Below, piece after piece: positions 30,467-38,889 of a stretch of DNA of 64,000 nucleotides. The notes beneath the pieces were generated by a model. It saw nothing but the letters and a program-made list of their open reading frames with translations. It was not told the DNA's origin and made no database searches. The position numbers and the translations under genes are program-made. The stretch's first letter is position 1; each line of letters begins with the position of its first letter. Where the stretch lies: the IMG/VR virus record IMGVR_UViG_3300023174_000120, positions 22,663 through 86,662 of that record. One strand, given 5' to 3'. The DNA comes from a virus.

Positions 30467-32253
30467 GCCAATTCCGCATTAAAAACTTAACCGTAAAGAA
30501 TTTTATGAGCGTGGGTAATCAAACCCAGGCAGTAAACTTTGATCAAGAATCACTCACACTGGTGCTAGGCAGCAACTTAGACTTAGGTGGGGACGATACC
30601 GGATCACGCAACGGTACTGGTAAAACTACAATCATTAACGCTCTCAGTTATGCCCTGTACGGACAAGCACTGACTAACATTCGTAAAGAAAACCTAATCA
30701 ACAAGATCAACGGTAAGAACATGTTGGTTACTGTAGAATTTGAAAAAAATGGACTAAACTATCGCATTGAACGAGGTCGTAAACCTAATTTGCTGAGATT
30801 ATACGTAGATGACCGAGAGATCAGTATGGATAATCAAGGTGAAGATGAAAGCCAAGGCGACAGTAGAGAAACACAAAAGTCTATTGAACAGATGTTAGAC
30901 ATGACTCATACCATGTTCAAGCATCTGGTTGCGCTGAATACCTATACAGAACCATTCTTGGCCATGCGAGCCGCTGACCAAAGAGAAGTAATTGAGCAGT
31001 TGTTGGGCATTACATTGCTCAGTGAAAAGGCAGAACTGCTAAAAACTCGTGTCAAAGAAACTAAAGATTTAATCAGTGCCGAACAATTTCGCATCGAAGC
31101 AATTAAATCTGCCAACGAGAATGTTCAGAAAAGCATTGACAGTTTAGGAATTAAGAGTTCTGCGTGGGAAAAAAAGAAGAATGAAGAAATAGAAAGACTG
31201 GGTGCTGCCATTGTTAGTCTTGAATCGGTAGATATCGATGCCGAATTACTGCTTCATGCTACATTAAAGCAGTGGTTAGAAAACTCTAACAGGATTAGAG
31301 ACCTAAATAAACAAAAGGCTACCTACGAAACCGCAGTGACACAGGCTGAAAAAGCAGTTGATAGGTATCGTAAGGCACTAGAATCATTGCTGGATAAAAA
31401 ATGTCCTGCTTGCGAACAGAATATTCACGATCACAAGCACGAAGAAATGACCACAACAGCAACTAAAAATTTAGAAGATGCTGTAGTATATCTTGACACT
31501 TGCCAAACCAACTATGATAATGTTCTGCAAGAGTTATCGGATATAGGCGAGCAAGGACGCAGACCTGAACCTTTCTATGACACCGAAGCAGAAGCACTAG
31601 GGCATAAGAACAATTTAGACCAATTGACCAAGTCCTTAGAGGGCAAGGTATTAGAAATTAATCCCTACGACGAGCAGATCGAAGAATTAAAGAACACCGC
31701 TATCCAAGAAATATCTTGGGATACCATTAACGAACTCACTAGATTAAAGGATCACCAAGAGTTCCTGCATAAACTGTTAACCAATAAAGATAGCTTCATA
31801 CGAAAACGTATTATTGATCAGAATTTGTCCTATCTCAACAAGCGATTAAGTTATTATATTGATAAACTTGGTCTACCACATACAGTTATATTTCAAAATG
31901 ACCTCACTGTGGAAATCACGCAGTTAGGACAGGACTTGGATTTTGATAATTTGTCGCGTGGAGAACGCAATAGATTGATTCTCAGCATGAGTTTTGCCTT
32001 CCGCGATGTGTGGGAAGGACTATATCAGCATATCAATCTGCTGTTTATCGACGAATTAGTTGATGCCGGTATGGACTCAGCAGGGGTAGAAAGTGCCCTG
32101 GCGGTTCTAAAAAAGATGGCCAGGGAACGAAATAAGAATATATACTTGATCAGTCATAAGGATGAATTGATCGGACGTGTGAATAACGTGCTCAGAGTAA
32201 TCAAAGAAAATGGATTTACTTCTTATTCCAACAGTTTAGATTATGTCAACTGA
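30463..32253 (+). CDS. gp46: Recombination ATPase subunit (Rad50/SbcC-like)
   Basis: Walker A NGTGKTT, coiled coil with CPAC zinc hook, LSRGE signature, Walker B LLFIDE, ISH switch. Confidence 0.95.
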   Translation: MSQFRIKNLTVKNFMSVGNQTQAVNFDQESLTLVLGSNLDLGGDDTGSRNGTGKTTIINALSYALYGQALTNIRKENLINKINGKNMLVTVEFEKNGLNYRIERGRKPNLLRLYVDDREISMDNQGEDESQGDSRETQKSIEQMLDMTHTMFKHLVALNTYTEPFLAMRAADQREVIEQLLGITLLSEKAELLKTRVKETKDLISAEQFRIEAIKSANENVQKSIDSLGIKSSAWEKKKNEEIERLGAAIVSLESVDIDAELLLHATLKQWLENSNRIRDLNKQKATYETAVTQAEKAVDRYRKALESLLDKKCPACEQNIHDHKHEEMTTTATKNLEDAVVYLDTCQTNYDNVLQELSDIGEQGRRPEPFYDTEAEALGHKNNLDQLTKSLEGKVLEINPYDEQIEELKNTAIQEISWDTINELTRLKDHQEFLHKLLTNKDSFIRKRIIDQNLSYLNKRLSYYIDKLGLPHTVIFQNDLTVEITQLGQDLDFDNLSRGERNRLILSMSFAFRDVWEGLYQHINLLFIDELVDAGMDSAGVESALAVLKKMARERNKNIYLISHKDELIGRVNNVLRVIKENGFTSYSNSLDYVN

Positions 32254-32557
32254 GAAAATTGATCGATATAGAGTTCTGTACTCAGAATATGTAAAGCACT
32301 TTGTAACTTTGCATAACTATCATAACGTGTTTATGGAGAATCGGGGTAAAGATTCTACTGCTCAAGTTAGAACCAGTTTGTATTCAATGATCAAACTTGA
32401 AAGAGAAATGGCTCAGTTGGCATTAGAGTGCTTTAAAGAAAATCAAGAAAACACTAAAGCTCAAAGACAACGTCTCAAAGAGATGAGAGCGAAAGCAAAA
32501 CCCAGGATCAAACCTGGAGGAAGACCAAAAGGAAGAAAAAATGGAATCGACAGTTGA
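32243..32557 (+). CDS. Hypothetical helical protein with basic C-terminal tail
   Basis: Overlaps both neighbours in operon fashion; K/R-rich tail KPRIKPGGRPKGRK. Confidence 0.65.
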   Translation: MSTEKIDRYRVLYSEYVKHFVTLHNYHNVFMENRGKDSTAQVRTSLYSMIKLEREMAQLALECFKENQENTKAQRQRLKEMRAKAKPRIKPGGRPKGRKNGIDS

Positions 32558-32738
32558 AAATCTACAGACAGCATTTGATGAGTTTCTCAAAGAAGATGCT
32601 AAATTCGCCGGCGGTAACGCTGCTGCTGGCACCCGTGCTCGTAAGGCATTAGCAGAGATTGGCAAGTTGGTTAAGGCTCGCCGCAATGAGATCACTGCTG
32701 AAAAGAACGCTCGTAAAGAGGCCAAGGCAGCAGCATAA
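32541..32738 (+). CDS. Histone H1-like (Hc1-type) small DNA-binding protein
   Basis: KF..GNAAAGTRARKAL.EI.KL.K..R.EI motif; 65 aa, Ala/Lys/Arg-rich. Confidence 0.8.
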   Translation: MESTVENLQTAFDEFLKEDAKFAGGNAAAGTRARKALAEIGKLVKARRNEITAEKNARKEAKAAA

Positions 32739-32741
32739 TCA

Positions 32742-33167
32742 ATGACCTGGACCTATCAAGGTACAGTCGTTGAAGAACTTCCAGAAACCTGTGTAGGATT
32801 CGTATATCTAATTACGAATTCTATCACAGGCAGGAAATATATTGGCAAAAAATTAGCAAAGTTTAGCAAAACCACATACAAAACAGTAAAACTAAAGAAC
32901 GGCAACAAAAAGCGAAAGCGTATTAAGGGCAAAATAGAATCAGATTGGAAAACTTATTACGGAAGTAATACAGAATTAAATCAAGATGTGGCAAACTTAG
33001 GCATTGAAAACTTCACAAGAGAAATACTATACTATTGTAATAGCAAAGCAGAATGCAGTTACATTGAGGCACGAGAGCAGTTTGAACGTAAAGTTTTAGA
33101 AAGTAGAGATTTCTACAATGGTCAAATTGCTGTAAGAGTACATGGCTCCCACATACTAAAAAAATAG
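32742..33167 (+). CDS. Stand-alone GIY-YIG endonuclease
   Basis: GFVYLITNSITGRKYIGKK, YYGS, conserved Glu in YIEAREQ and FYN; no appended DNA-binding domain. Confidence 0.85.
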   Translation: MTWTYQGTVVEELPETCVGFVYLITNSITGRKYIGKKLAKFSKTTYKTVKLKNGNKKRKRIKGKIESDWKTYYGSNTELNQDVANLGIENFTREILYYCNSKAECSYIEAREQFERKVLESRDFYNGQIAVRVHGSHILKK

Positions 33168-33169
33168 GC

Positions 33170-33610
33170 ATATCACGCGGTATTAAGGCTTGCACTGGCC
33201 AACTTCAAGTGCCCTAAACCTGGACAATCGTATCACAGGGATGGAAACCTCTTGCCGCTGAGAGTTCTCAATCACTACCCGCAAGGATGTAGACAGCCAA
33301 GACCTGCTGTTTGATTGTTAGAAAATATTAAAATAGGCCAAAAGAAGGGAGAAAAACCCTGGGCATACCAATATGTTAGTGTATATTGTTATGCTGCCGT
33401 CATATCGAAGACGGGGCTCGAGGTACCGGATGACCGCCTCTGCAACGCCCTAACACTAAGTGAACATAAGAACTCGGATAATGTTCAATATTCTTCGCCC
33501 TATGCGGGCGAAGTGTGACCAATGAATCTGGATAATATTAAATCTTCTTCGAAGAAGACCATATGATATGAGCGCTGTGCGCGAAATATCAAGTGAACGC
33601 AGTTCACTTC
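33170..33610 (+). ncRNA. Candidate large structured RNA (multi-helix, pseudoknotted); family not recognised
   Basis: Longest non-coding gap in the window. More than 12 helices found by hand, a GCAA tetraloop, a three-way junction and a 7-bp loop-distal pairing (33376-82 with 33453-59). Confidence 0.7.
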
Positions 33611-33616
33611 TCAGTA

Positions 33617-33853
33617 TTAAAAGAAAGGAAGACCTGATTCTTTAGTTGTTTCTAAGTTCTCACCAATAATACGACTAATAATATCTCTATTTTCGTAATC
33701 TAATTGAAAGGCTTGCTCTATGGTTATAGAACCTCTCATGTACCAACACAGTCTAAACAATTCTTTCTTTAATGCTTTTGATTCTTTTTCGTGGCTCTCA
33801 ACTAGTTTGACAATGTCATCATTGGATAATGTTAAGAGCCTTGAACGAAAAAA
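33617..33853 (-). CDS. Unannotated ORF (gp51-like/GT-like), probably expressed by -1 frameshift from 33832..34704
   Basis: Frame reads FFRSRLLTLSNDDIVKLVESHEKESKALKKELFRLCWYMRGSITIEQAFQLDYENRDIISRIIGENLETTKESGLPFF*. It opens exactly at a T TTT TTC heptamer, and the first ATG is mid-ORF. Confidence 0.8.
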   Translation of the reverse strand, partial: FFRSRLLTLSNDDIVKLVESHEKESKALKKELFRLCWYMRGSITIEQAFQLDYENRDIISRIIGENLETTKESGLPFF

Positions 33854-34704
33854 TTACTATTGTCCATGGTTATAGGTAGCTCATATACAGCAGGGGCACC
33901 AGCAAGGATCTGTTCTTCAGTTGAGTGAACTGTTAATGGTAAGATACCCACGGTCTTTTTATTTTTGTTGATAAGATCCTGAATCTTTTGTATAAGACCT
34001 GCGTCTGCATTTTGAATAAATTCTCTAATGAAGTTGCGATCTTCTACAAAATTATCAGGTGTCTTTATATAGAATACGCTTTCTGCAATCATTTCTACTG
34101 TGAGATCGGTTAATTTAGAGATACCCTGATTGAAAAGTTCTAATTTTTGTTCATCTGTTAGATCAGAACTAGCAACAGACTGAATGGTTTTTTGTGATTC
34201 AAATGTTCTAATACTAACATCAGTCATGTGTCTATAGGACAAAGGTTTTACACCACAGATAATATCCGGACTAATTTCCACACTGTCAATCCACTGTGTT
34301 GTGGATAAAATTTGATCCATTACGGCAGTTAAATCAATTTGATGGTCAACCGTTTCATCCGTTCCTGGGACCTGATGAGAAATAGTCATTGTACCGCCAT
34401 AGGTAGCAATTCTAATGGCAATTAGTATAAGGTCAACATCTATTCCTGAACACCTCCACGCATTTTTAATATTGGGCATACAACTTTGAATAACATCGAC
34501 AATTGCTTGCCCATTCATTAATGCGTCTGGAGTTTTAAAAGTTAACTCATCTTTGGCTGTCATAGAATATACTGGAAATTCATTGTTCTCCGGTATATCA
34601 ATGCTGCCTTCCTCCCAAAAGAGACCATTACTTGGCAATCTAATATAGATTTTTGGTTGCCTCATGTAGCCAAGTAAAGGGTTTACTTTTGATTGAATCG
34701 TCAT
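33832..34704 (-). CDS. Baseplate hub assembly/tail assembly chaperone, gp26-like
   Basis: LPSNG..W...V.SMTAKDEL...DVDLILIAIRIATYG motif; adjacent to the tape measure gene; ends NFF. Confidence 0.8.
   Translation of the reverse strand: MTIQSKVNPLLGYMRQPKIYIRLPSNGLFWEEGSIDIPENNEFPVYSMTAKDELTFKTPDALMNGQAIVDVIQSCMPNIKNAWRCSGIDVDLILIAIRIATYGGTMTISHQVPGTDETVDHQIDLTAVMDQILSTTQWIDSVEISPDIICGVKPLSYRHMTDVSIRTFESQKTIQSVASSDLTDEQKLELFNQGISKLTDLTVEMIAESVFYIKTPDNFVEDRNFIREFIQNADAGLIQKIQDLINKNKKTVGILPLTVHSTEEQILAGAPAVYELPITMDNSNFFVQGS
33847..33853 (-). other. Putative -1 ribosomal frameshift site T TTT TTC
   Basis: In-frame X XXY YYZ heptamer 4 codons before the stop of the gp26-like gene; an in-frame TAA lies immediately upstream in the -1 frame. 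Confidence 0.75.
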
Positions 34705-34717
34705 GTTTTATCTCCAA

Positions 34718-34746
34718 TAAATACATATTAACTAGATATATTTATA
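34718..34746. promoter_or_regulatory. Face-to-face late promoters for the tape measure gene (+) and chaperone gene (-)
   Basis: TAAATA at 34718-23 (+) and TATAAATA at 34739-46 (-); GGAG SD before each ATG. Confidence 0.7.
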
Positions 34747-34771
34747 TGAGCATTTTATTGGAGAAAACTAA

Positions 34772-36853
34772 ATGGTAGCACCATTGCTAGCAGGAGCAGC
34801 AGCAGCAGCAGGAACGGCGCTCGGTGGAGTGGCAAAAGGTGCCGAAGTTGCTGGCAAGGCGCTCGATAGGGCTGCAGGTATAGCTGAAACTTTCATATCT
34901 GCATCGTTCAGTATGTCTAAAGCCGCTACCACCGGGGCAGCCAGTCTCGGTGATATGGGAGCCGCAGTAGGTCAGGTAGCCAGTTTGATTCCAGTGGTAG
35001 GAGCAGCCTTTGCCTCGGTGTTGAACACTGCTATCGCAACCTTAGAAAAAAATATAGAAACACAAAAAACTCTCAGTGATGTTGGAGCAACATTCGGGGG
35101 TGAGCTTAAAACTCTTCGTGCCTCTGCCAATAGCACGTACCTCAGTATGGATCAATACGCAAAGGTAGTTAGTGCAAGTGGAGATGTATTGGCATCATTT
35201 AACGGCGGTGTACAAAACGGAACTAAAAACTTTACCAATGTTTTAACAAGTCTACTAAAAAATGGATCAACTACCGGAGATATGTTGGCCAATCTTGGCA
35301 TAGGGTTCGAAGAAGGCGCTCAACTAACAGCACAATTCATGCGTGGGTTGGGTAATATGAATAGAACCGGTCAAATGAGTGCTGACCAATTGGCAAAGGC
35401 CAGTGCTGATTATGCTGTAGAATTAACTGGACTTAGTCAGTTAACTGGACAAAGCAGAAAAGCACTAGCTGAAAAAGTCAACGAGGAAATGGCCGAAGCA
35501 CAATTTCAAAATTTTCTCAACACACTTGATCCCACAGAAGCTGCAAAACTACAAGAAGCTGTGGCTCAAGAATTTGCGGTATCGGGTAAAGCAGGAGCCG
35601 ATGCGTTAAAAGCATCTGCTGCTGGCTTTCCACCAATGACACAGGCTTCGAGATTGTTTACAGCTACACAAGAAGCCAGTGTAGGGAGACAACAAGAATT
35701 AATAAGCAAAATAAGAGACTCTAGTGTGGATCTTGATACCTTTCGAGTTCAATCAAAAACAATATTAGCAAACTCTCTAGAAGGCATGAGAGAAGATCAA
35801 AAGAAAATTGCTACCGCGGCCATGGCAGGGGTTTTAGCCGGAGGATCAGAGCTTAGTAAATCTATTGAATCAATTACTAAATTGTTAAACGCTACATATG
35901 GAAAAGGTGCTGCTGAAATAGAAGGTTATTTTAAACAACTTAGATTAACAGCCCCCGATGCAGGTACAGATGCCGCTATAGGTGTTAGACAAACAAAAGA
36001 AATAATAGCACAGTCAAATGCTACTTTATCAAAACTACAGCCATTTCTTGACTCGGCCCTAGTAGCAGGAACCAAAATGTCTAGCATATTAAATGGAGTT
36101 GCTGGAGTGATAGCCGGTAAACTACCATTTATAACTAATTTTGTTTTGGGAAAGATGGAGATACTGACCGACAAAGCAGAAAAGGCAATAGGTGCAGAAC
36201 TAACTGAAGAAAATGCAATGGCAGCTTTTGACAAATTTTTGAATAAAACCGGAGAATTAGGAAAAACTGGAATTGATGCTCTATTTGGTGATAAAGATGC
36301 CCAAAGAAAATTCTTTGCAGATTTAAAATCTGGATGGGATAGTGTAATGAAACATATTAAAGATTCAATTCCTAAACTTTCAGATTTTTTATTTGGAAAT
36401 CGACCAGCACCGGGTGGTGAGGGTACACCTAGTGGAACACCCCCAAAACCGCCACAAACTCTGGCAGAAGAAATCGCAGATGCATTAAGAAAACAATTAG
36501 GATTAGGAGCTCCGAAAATTTCAGAAGGAGCCCCAACAGAATTGCCAAAGCCCCCTCCGGGATACAAATATCCGGGCATGGCTGACGGTGGCGAAACGAC
36601 ACCCGGAACTTATCTTGTCGGAGAAAGAGGACCCGAATTAGTAAGCCTCGGTAATCGCGGTGATGTTATTAACAATGACAATCTCACTGCTTTGATATCT
36701 GCGTTGTCTAATCAGAACGGCATGGGAGAAAGTATAAATCAGTTAAATAACACTAATGGTCAAATGCTAGCAGCAATTAAAGACTTGATAGATATTAGTA
36801 AACGAAATTTAACTGCTACTCGAGGCCTAAACGGAAACCTATTCGCGGCTTAA
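34772..36853 (+). CDS. Tape measure protein (putative)
   Basis: Ala/Gly-rich helical 693 aa with ADGG...YLVGERGPELV motif near the C-terminus; next to the chaperone gene. Confidence 0.75.
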   Translation: MVAPLLAGAAAAAGTALGGVAKGAEVAGKALDRAAGIAETFISASFSMSKAATTGAASLGDMGAAVGQVASLIPVVGAAFASVLNTAIATLEKNIETQKTLSDVGATFGGELKTLRASANSTYLSMDQYAKVVSASGDVLASFNGGVQNGTKNFTNVLTSLLKNGSTTGDMLANLGIGFEEGAQLTAQFMRGLGNMNRTGQMSADQLAKASADYAVELTGLSQLTGQSRKALAEKVNEEMAEAQFQNFLNTLDPTEAAKLQEAVAQEFAVSGKAGADALKASAAGFPPMTQASRLFTATQEASVGRQQELISKIRDSSVDLDTFRVQSKTILANSLEGMREDQKKIATAAMAGVLAGGSELSKSIESITKLLNATYGKGAAEIEGYFKQLRLTAPDAGTDAAIGVRQTKEIIAQSNATLSKLQPFLDSALVAGTKMSSILNGVAGVIAGKLPFITNFVLGKMEILTDKAEKAIGAELTEENAMAAFDKFLNKTGELGKTGIDALFGDKDAQRKFFADLKSGWDSVMKHIKDSIPKLSDFLFGNRPAPGGEGTPSGTPPKPPQTLAEEIADALRKQLGLGAPKISEGAPTELPKPPPGYKYPGMADGGETTPGTYLVGERGPELVSLGNRGDVINNDNLTALISALSNQNGMGESINQLNNTNGQMLAAIKDLIDISKRNLTATRGLNGNLFAA

Positions 36854-36890
36854 TTATGATAAAGAAACAGTCCAATAACGGGGAAATCTA

Positions 36891-38630
36891 ATGGCAGGAT
36901 GGCGTAAGTATTTTACTCCCGTTAACACTGGTGGACGACTAAGTCCAGTTAGCGGCTCAATGAGCTCAGGTGGTTCAACAAACCCTAGCAGGACCAACTA
37001 TTCCAGCTACCTGCCCGACGTTTATTCAGGTCATCCTAATCGTCTTGAACGCTATGGTCAATACGATACCATGGACTGGGACAGCGAAGTCAACGCTGCC
37101 CTGGATATCCTAGCAGAATTCTGCACACAGGCCAACGAAGAAAATGGTACACCGTTTCAAGTATTCTTTAAAGAATCTGCCACCGGCACTGAAATTAAAA
37201 TCATTAAAAAGTATCTACAGCAGTGGACCAAACTCAACAAGTTCCATACTAGAATTTTTAAAATTGTTCGCAATGCTTTTAAATACGGTGATACATTCTT
37301 TGTTAGAGATCCTGAAACACAAGCATGGATGTATGTAGATCCTGCCAAAGTTGATAAAGTTATTGTAAATGAAAGTGAAGGTAAGAAACCGGAACAATAT
37401 ATCATCAGAGATTTTAACCCCAACTTAGAAACACTGGCCACTACTGCTATTAACCCTAGCAATGTACACGGTGGCGGCAATCAGTTTGGTGGCAGCTATG
37501 GCACAGGACAAGGCGGCGCCGGTGGATCGCGTGGTATGGTTGGAGCATTTCCTAGCAGCACCAACAGCAGCAGATTCCAACAGAATCAAAACCAGTATGC
37601 TATTGATGCCAAGCACGTAATACATATCAGTATGAGTGAAGGGTTAGATAACAACTATCCCTTTGGTAATAGCCTAATGGAAAGCATCTTCAAAGTGTTC
37701 AAACAAAAAGAATTACTTGAGGACAGTATTCTAATCTATCGTATTCAACGTGCTCCGGAGCGACGTGTATTTTATATTGACGTGGGCAATATGCCCAGTC
37801 ATTTGGCTATGAGTTTTGTTGAACGTGTTAAGAATGAAGTTAATCAACGTCGTATTCCTAGTACCACTGGCGGTAGTCAAACTGTAGTAGATGCTGGTTA
37901 TAATCCTCTCAGCATCAACGAAGATTACTTCTTCCCACAGACAGCAGAAGGTCGCGGTAGTAAAGTTGAAATCCTTCAAGGCGGTCAGAATCTAGGAGAA
38001 ATTGATGATCTTAAATATTTTACCAATAAGCTATTTAGAGCTCTCCGTATACCTAGTAGTTATCTACCAACTGGTGCCGATGATGGCGGCAGCAACTTCA
38101 ATGATGGCCGAGTCGGGACAGCATATATTCAAGAGTTGAGATTTAATGAATATTGTAAGCGTCTACAAAGCCTTATGCATGAAGCATTTGATACTGAATT
38201 CAAACGATATATAGCCAACAAAGGCATTAACATTGACAGTAATATTTTTGATGTTAAGTTCAATCCACCTCAAAACTTTGCCAGTTATCGTCAGGCAGAA
38301 ATGGACACAGCCCGTGTTAATACATTTAATGTAATGGTAGCAGTTCCTTTCGTTAGCAAACGATTTGCTATGAAGCGTTTCTTGGGCATGACCGCAGAGG
38401 AAGTGGCAGAAAACGAGCGTATGTGGAAAGAAGAAAACATTGACGAAGATACTAAACTCAGTGCCAGTGCTGAAATGCGCAGCGCAGGAGTCACTGCCAA
38501 TACCATGGCAGGGGATTTGAGTAATTTAAGTGCTAATACAGCAGAGCCGATACCTCCAGGAACCGAAGGAGCACCTACTGCAAGTGGGCCAACTCCGCCC
38601 GCAGCCGCTGGGGCAACTACCCCTCCCTAA
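36891..38630 (+). CDS. gp20: Portal vertex protein
   Basis: LLEDSILIYRIQRAPERRVFYIDVGNMP, EDYFFP...GRGSKVEIL.GGQNLGEIDDL.YF, ELRF motifs. Confidence 0.96.
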   Translation: MAGWRKYFTPVNTGGRLSPVSGSMSSGGSTNPSRTNYSSYLPDVYSGHPNRLERYGQYDTMDWDSEVNAALDILAEFCTQANEENGTPFQVFFKESATGTEIKIIKKYLQQWTKLNKFHTRIFKIVRNAFKYGDTFFVRDPETQAWMYVDPAKVDKVIVNESEGKKPEQYIIRDFNPNLETLATTAINPSNVHGGGNQFGGSYGTGQGGAGGSRGMVGAFPSSTNSSRFQQNQNQYAIDAKHVIHISMSEGLDNNYPFGNSLMESIFKVFKQKELLEDSILIYRIQRAPERRVFYIDVGNMPSHLAMSFVERVKNEVNQRRIPSTTGGSQTVVDAGYNPLSINEDYFFPQTAEGRGSKVEILQGGQNLGEIDDLKYFTNKLFRALRIPSSYLPTGADDGGSNFNDGRVGTAYIQELRFNEYCKRLQSLMHEAFDTEFKRYIANKGINIDSNIFDVKFNPPQNFASYRQAEMDTARVNTFNVMVAVPFVSKRFAMKRFLGMTAEEVAENERMWKEENIDEDTKLSASAEMRSAGVTANTMAGDLSNLSANTAEPIPPGTEGAPTASGPTPPAAAGATTPP

Positions 38631-38643
38631 GATAAATAACAGT

Positions 38644-38889
38644 ATGATACTGAGAGAATTCATTTATTTCAATAAAGATCATCCCGATCCACAAGATGAT
38701 GGTAGTTATCTTAGTCAGAATGATACTACAGTGTTGCGGCAAGGCGACCTACGTAAAAGCAGATTGACACTGCGTATGATCAACGATATACGCAAAGCAG
38801 CCGAATCTCACAGTAAAGAAGTTAAAAAAGAGTTAGGGTTAGTTAGAAAGATGTATGCAGCTCCTCCAGCAGAAGCGATACCTAGATAA
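38644..38889 (+). CDS. Small head-module protein (81 aa; start revised from the ORF track)
   Basis: The ATG at 38644 follows the portal stop and a TAAATA; the track start (38530) overlaps the portal gene by 100 bp. Confidence 0.7.
   Translation: MILREFIYFNKDHPDPQDDGSYLSQNDTTVLRQGDLRKSRLTLRMINDIRKAAESHSKEVKKELGLVRKMYAAPPAEAIPR

Noticed and set aside
33315-33518. 67-aa ORF in the track inside the non-coding gap
   Set aside because: TTG start, no SD, no recognisable motif, and it lies wholly within the helix-dense region.
32742-33610. Group I intron carrying a GIY-YIG homing endonuclease
   Set aside because: No interrupted host gene (flanking ORFs are complete and the downstream one is convergent), and I could not find P7-type GACUA/UAGUC core sequences. 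A covariance-model search is needed to exclude it fully.
33170-33610. tRNA, tmRNA or CRISPR array
   Set aside because: No cloverleaf with a T-loop/CCA, no tmRNA-like ends, and no regularly spaced direct repeats.
35926-36579. Long antisense ORFs (also 39413..39988, 40672..41328, 6258..6752 and similar)
   Set aside because: Shadows of codon-biased or repetitive genes on the opposite strand, with no SD or protein motifs.
36733-36749. TATAAATC/TAAATA inside the end of the tape measure gene as the portal promoter
   Set aside because: Plausible but within coding sequence in AT-rich DNA; it cannot be distinguished from chance.
38530-38643. Extended N-terminus given by the ORF track
   Set aside because: It overlaps the portal gene; the promoter-adjacent ATG at 38644 is the better start.
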